A DNA stretch of 64,000 nt from Amphiscolops sp. MND2022. Taxonomy: Eukaryota. Positions 59,923-64,000 of the stretch are shown piece after piece. Each line of letters starts with the position of its first letter. The first letter of the stretch is position 1. Made by a program: the position numbers and the translations under genes. The notes below the pieces were generated by a model. It was not told the DNA's origin. It did not search any database and saw only the letters and a list, made by a program, of their open reading frames with translations. The stretch covers positions 14,510,001 to 14,574,000 of the forward strand of contig OZ076409.1 in assembly GCA_964187785.1 (NCBI GenBank), given 5' to 3'.

Positions 59923-60104
59923 TGTTGTGATGTATAGCTACAAGAATTTAGTTTCAACAAAACTGTATTTTCTATCTATTTCAAGCGTACTGCTTTGTAA
60001 AATAAATCATCATAAGAAGGAGATAGATTAACAGGTACTTGAGACTAATTATATAGATTAAATAGCGTCTCATAGTTTGTCCTCTAAATTCTTCTCATTC
60101 TTCA
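59923..60104 (-). repeat. 5' LTR
   Basis: Matches 54145-54326; followed by GTCCT. Confidence 0.97.
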
Positions 60105-61815
60105 GTCCTCTTGTAGTTTCCTAGATCCTGTGAACATGTGGAAACTTTTAACTGGGGTGTTGGTCCCCGTTAGTACTATTTAGATCTTAGGCTAGAGGAG
60201 ATTGTGGAAAAGTGGACAATTTTTAGGGAAAATTTTTGACACAGTGAAAATATGATCTACATCCTAGCGGCTCATTAGCTTTGTCAAATTAATTCCCCAG
60301 CAGTATAGGTCTCGATTCGAATGTCGCCAGGGACAAACTATTTAAACTTTTCTACGCTGCATTCTACTGGCCGTTTTTTGATCTGAATAAAATTTCCTGG
60401 TTAATTGTATATCAAGTGATTACCTCGCCATCCCTCATAGAGTGTTTGGGTTCTTGAGCAACATGTTTTTTCTCAATTCGAATGATAATGACAATAATTA
60501 TTGTCCAGATAATGGCTATTAGTTTACCCTTGGTCAAAAAACCGATCCGGATAAACAGGGTTCGGTTATAACTTTAGCTTACTGGAATGCTGGTGAACAA
60601 AAAAAATGCATTCCATCGAGAAGACAAAACAGAAAGAGCAAGAATGAGCAGTCCTAACTATTTGACCGTGAACAAAACACTTTCAAGGCACAGCTTAAAC
60701 CCAACCATTGGTTGATCTCTAGGTTACAAAGAGGTACTATTGATAGCTACAGTAAGTATCTGAAATGAACGTCGACAGAAAAACAAAAATCTGTTCATGG
60801 TGAGTAAAAGCACAAAAAGGAACTTATTTACTTCTGCTTCTCAACAAACTAGCTTCCGGAAAAATTTCAACTCTTCATTGACTCAATCTGCGATTATTCC
60901 TCTCACATACTACACCGAAAAATCTCCCAAAATGAAAACTCGGAGAATCAATTCATTCTTAGAAGAGAAGTCTTGAAAAACAATTCAAGAACTTCATCGA
61001 AAAAATCCAACAATGAACAAAAAAGAGAAGCTAGGAACACTCAAAAACTCGGGTTCTCGAAGACCTCATTTACAATATACTCACGAAACTCGAGCAAATC
61101 GATAACGGCACTCCCCTCTTACGTCAAGTGGACAGCAAAGGCCACAATAAGAAGTTAGCAGTACGAAATGAGGTCCAAAACGAGATGAACTTACAACCAC
61201 CGAACTAGAAAATATCGAGAAACATCGTCGAAAACATTCAACGTTTGGCCCATGACAATCAACCGAACCAGAAAACTGGACATTAAGTACCGCAAGGCAG
61301 CACCGCATTCTGATGCCCCAGATCATCAACTCAAACACATCGAATACTTGGTTAAAAGAAAAAAATTCTGAACGCACTCGAAAAACTGCGGTAATGGATG
61401 ACAAAAGGCATTTTACTTTGTTTGAAAGCAAAATGCATTAAGACGCAGGATTTTATTCATCAAATGAATCCAACGAGTACCTTGTTACTAAGAAACTTGG
61501 AGTCAAAGGTAATGATACGTTGCTCAGTTTCCAACAACCGCGTGAGCTGTAATTACGTGGCAGAGAAAGAAAAAAACGATGAACAAAGAACGCTTCCAGT
61601 CCTTTCTCAAGTCTCGCCTGTTACTATTTGTTGATACACAGAATGTTGGTAGTGATAACTGTGTTTTTTTTGGCCAGATTTGGCATCATCTCATTACGCA
61701 AATGACGTTCAAACTTGGTTACCTTTGGAGAAATGAGTTGCATGATTCAGGAGGCGGAGATTTGAAATAAAGGGCTCCCATTCGCCCCCAGCACGTTATG
61801 AGCGAACTGTTAATG

Positions 61816-62235
61816 CTAAATTCGAAATGAATTACTGTTACGACTATTACACGGTTCGTTATTTTGGGTAGAGGTTATTCTAACTACCCTAGTAGGAGTA
61901 TAGATACTTCTAGTTTCATTTGCGAATTCTTCATCGGGTTCCTCTCTAACATTGGTGTTTGTTTTAGCATTAAGCAATCTCAATATTTCCTTTTGGGAAT
62001 CTGTTAAAAAACTCTTGAGTTCAGACGTTATCTCATCCTTCAAAGAGGTCCTCAAACTTTCCAAGACACTACTTTCGACTCTATGAGATTTTGCCCTAGA
62101 AGGTCCCGGAGAACCAACGTCCTGGTCGACCGAGTGGTTGTTTTCCGTTACAATCGGCGAAACTAAATACTCACAAACTTTTTCAGAGTTCTCCTGTTGG
62201 TTGTTCTTTTTCTTTTGGCTTCTTGTAGTAGACAT
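61816..62235 (-). CDS. Hypothetical ORF (MSTTRSQK...), possibly a retroelement gag N-terminus within an LTR-like fragment
   Basis: MxTTRS start, disordered region, then coiled-coil LESLRTSLKDEITSELKSFL. The ORF crosses a CGTAACA word at 61836-61842 and stops shortly after. Confidence 0.45.
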   Translation of the reverse strand: MSTTRSQKKKNNQQENSEKVCEYLVSPIVTENNHSVDQDVGSPGPSRAKSHRVESSVLESLRTSLKDEITSELKSFLTDSQKEILRLLNAKTNTNVREEPDEEFANETRSIYTPTRVVRITSTQNNEPCNSRNSNSFRI

Positions 62236-64000
62236 TATGAATGAAGAGATTGAATTTGAATTTTCAATTTCGAACTGTGTTTTCCAACAAAGTTGAGAAT
62301 TAAGCTGGGAATTGAGAAATTGTAGCACAACTGATTTTCACAGATGAGAAACGACTGAGTCCCTCGGTTATAGAGAAACAACATATTTATACCCTCCACG
62401 CATCATTTGATCACGAATGATTCCCTAATTTTCCCTGAACAATTAGTCATTTCCTGTATTTTCGATGAAAAAAAATCATTTTGTTCCCAATTTAACGTCG
62501 ATATTTCGTCAAATTTTAGGAAACGACGCTTCCAACCTAGCATTAGTCATCAAGCATGATCATATCATTTCATCCCGGCGTCCTTTTGTTTCCTCCCAAG
62601 CAGGAAGTAGACATTACTTCAGTCTGTCAAACCGGATATGATTCCCTGTTTTACTGCGTTGGTTCGTAAAAAAATTGACGCTGAGATGATGCTGACGTGA
62701 ACAACTAATACCTGATTTTGAATTTTAACTTGAGCGAATGCTTTGACTAATTCTCAAGCTATGATTATTTGAGTGATGTTAGGAAGATAGTTTGAATGAA
62801 CTGGAAAAAGTGAATATCTAGAATAATAACAAAACCAACATTTGCAACTATTATCACACAAATCAATGTATGTTTAGCAGCTTTTATTCTGACGCAATGA
62901 TCACGAAAAAGTTATGAATTAGTAGAACATGCCTTGTTATAAAAGCAACAGTTTTTTGGTAAGCAAGTTTTGGGATCGTCTGCGACAAACCTTCGTAGAG
63001 TAGAATTATAATCAACTTCACGAAACACATGGCTAGGGAATTGGATATAAGAATACAAACATACCAAAAATACATCTTCAATACAATATCCATTAGGTTC
63101 AATTCGATTGTGGTTATAAACTGTGACTTTTGTTCATTTATTTTGAGGAAATTTCACTTATGTTAACTCTTAGGACGATTTTTAGTTAGTGATAATTTTT
63201 ACGACGAATTCTTGACGTTAATTTTCCAAGTCTTTATCAATTCCTCATTCAGATCGTAAGCATCCCAAACATATTCTTTAAACCAGCATAATTCAGATAT
63301 TATTTGTTTCCGCATTTCAGATGGATTAAGACAGCTATTTTGATGGATTTTGGACGTAACGCGGACGTAAATTCCTCTTTGGACTAGGTCCACTAATATA
63401 AAGGACGTAGCGTGGACATAATATTTCTTCTTAGACTTAGACTGCCAAAAGCAGTGACATAGCCATCGCGGATAATTGGAATGAGTTTCAATATGGCTGT
63501 TAGTTCAGTGACGTAGTAGAGGTGGATAATCGGAATGATTTCTTGGTATGTATAGACGAAGTTGTGATGTCAAATATATGTTTGTTCTCACCGCCGCCTT
63601 TATTCACTTAACGCAATATCGTCGTTGTAAATCACACTAATTGCTGTTCAAACGCAATTAACGAGCCTTATTTTAATGAGGCGTAACATTTTAACATTTT
63701 CATTTTAGATCTGGAAATGCTCTCTTTTTAGAGATAAATTGTATCTGTTTTCCATTTAGATTAGACTATGTTTTCGATCCTGAGACGCAGTCTTGGTTCA
63801 ATTTTCAGGTACCATATGTTTTTTAATTTGACGTAACAAGAACGCCTTGCCGGAAATGCGTGAAATCATTTTTGGCTTAATTCGTTTCCTATTTTCATTT
63901 CCATTTGAGATTTGCGTAGGATAGTTGTGCATTTTGTATTTCTAGTCACAGTTTATTTTAAGTTAGGTTTAAGTTTACCAGTTAAAATACGACCTTGGAA

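Larger units (their letters stand above)
54145..60104 (-). mobile_element. Full-length Ty3/Gypsy LTR retrotransposon, coding region disrupted
   Basis: 182-bp LTRs (4 mismatches), TSD GTCCT, PBS TGGCGCAGTCAGTA, PPT GGAGGGGGGAA. Confidence 0.97.

Noticed and set aside
60780..61780. Possible degraded Penelope-like RT
   Set aside because: Only faint word-level resemblance; no catalytic motif recoverable.

Overview
Eukaryotic (animal-like), AT-rich, repeat-dominated window; no host gene could be called with confidence. Bases 1-11093 are the right-hand part of an integrated Polinton/Maverick (adintovirus-like) endogenous DNA virus. It carries two tandem A32/FtsK-type ATPases (one zinc-finger-fused, one membrane-anchored), an rve integrase, a double-jelly-roll capsid gene, a protein-primed PolB and a right terminus ...ACTACT. 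Several of its genes have nonsense or frameshift lesions. The rest holds a very young full-length Ty3/Gypsy element (25259-30646, identical LTRs, GTTAC TSD), an older full-length Gypsy element on the minus strand (54145-60104, GTCCT TSD), a degraded Gypsy relic and an intact APE-RT LINE ORF with a 2A-like peptide (36641-39883). There are also many Helentron/DINE-like non-autonomous repeats, piggyBac-type and hAT-type MITEs, several long palindromes and a degenerate ~183-bp satellite. Most notable: the dual-ATPase Polinton with TAAATG gene starts and an iteron-rich inverted repeat, and the signal-peptide/2A/RT LINE with unusual ends.
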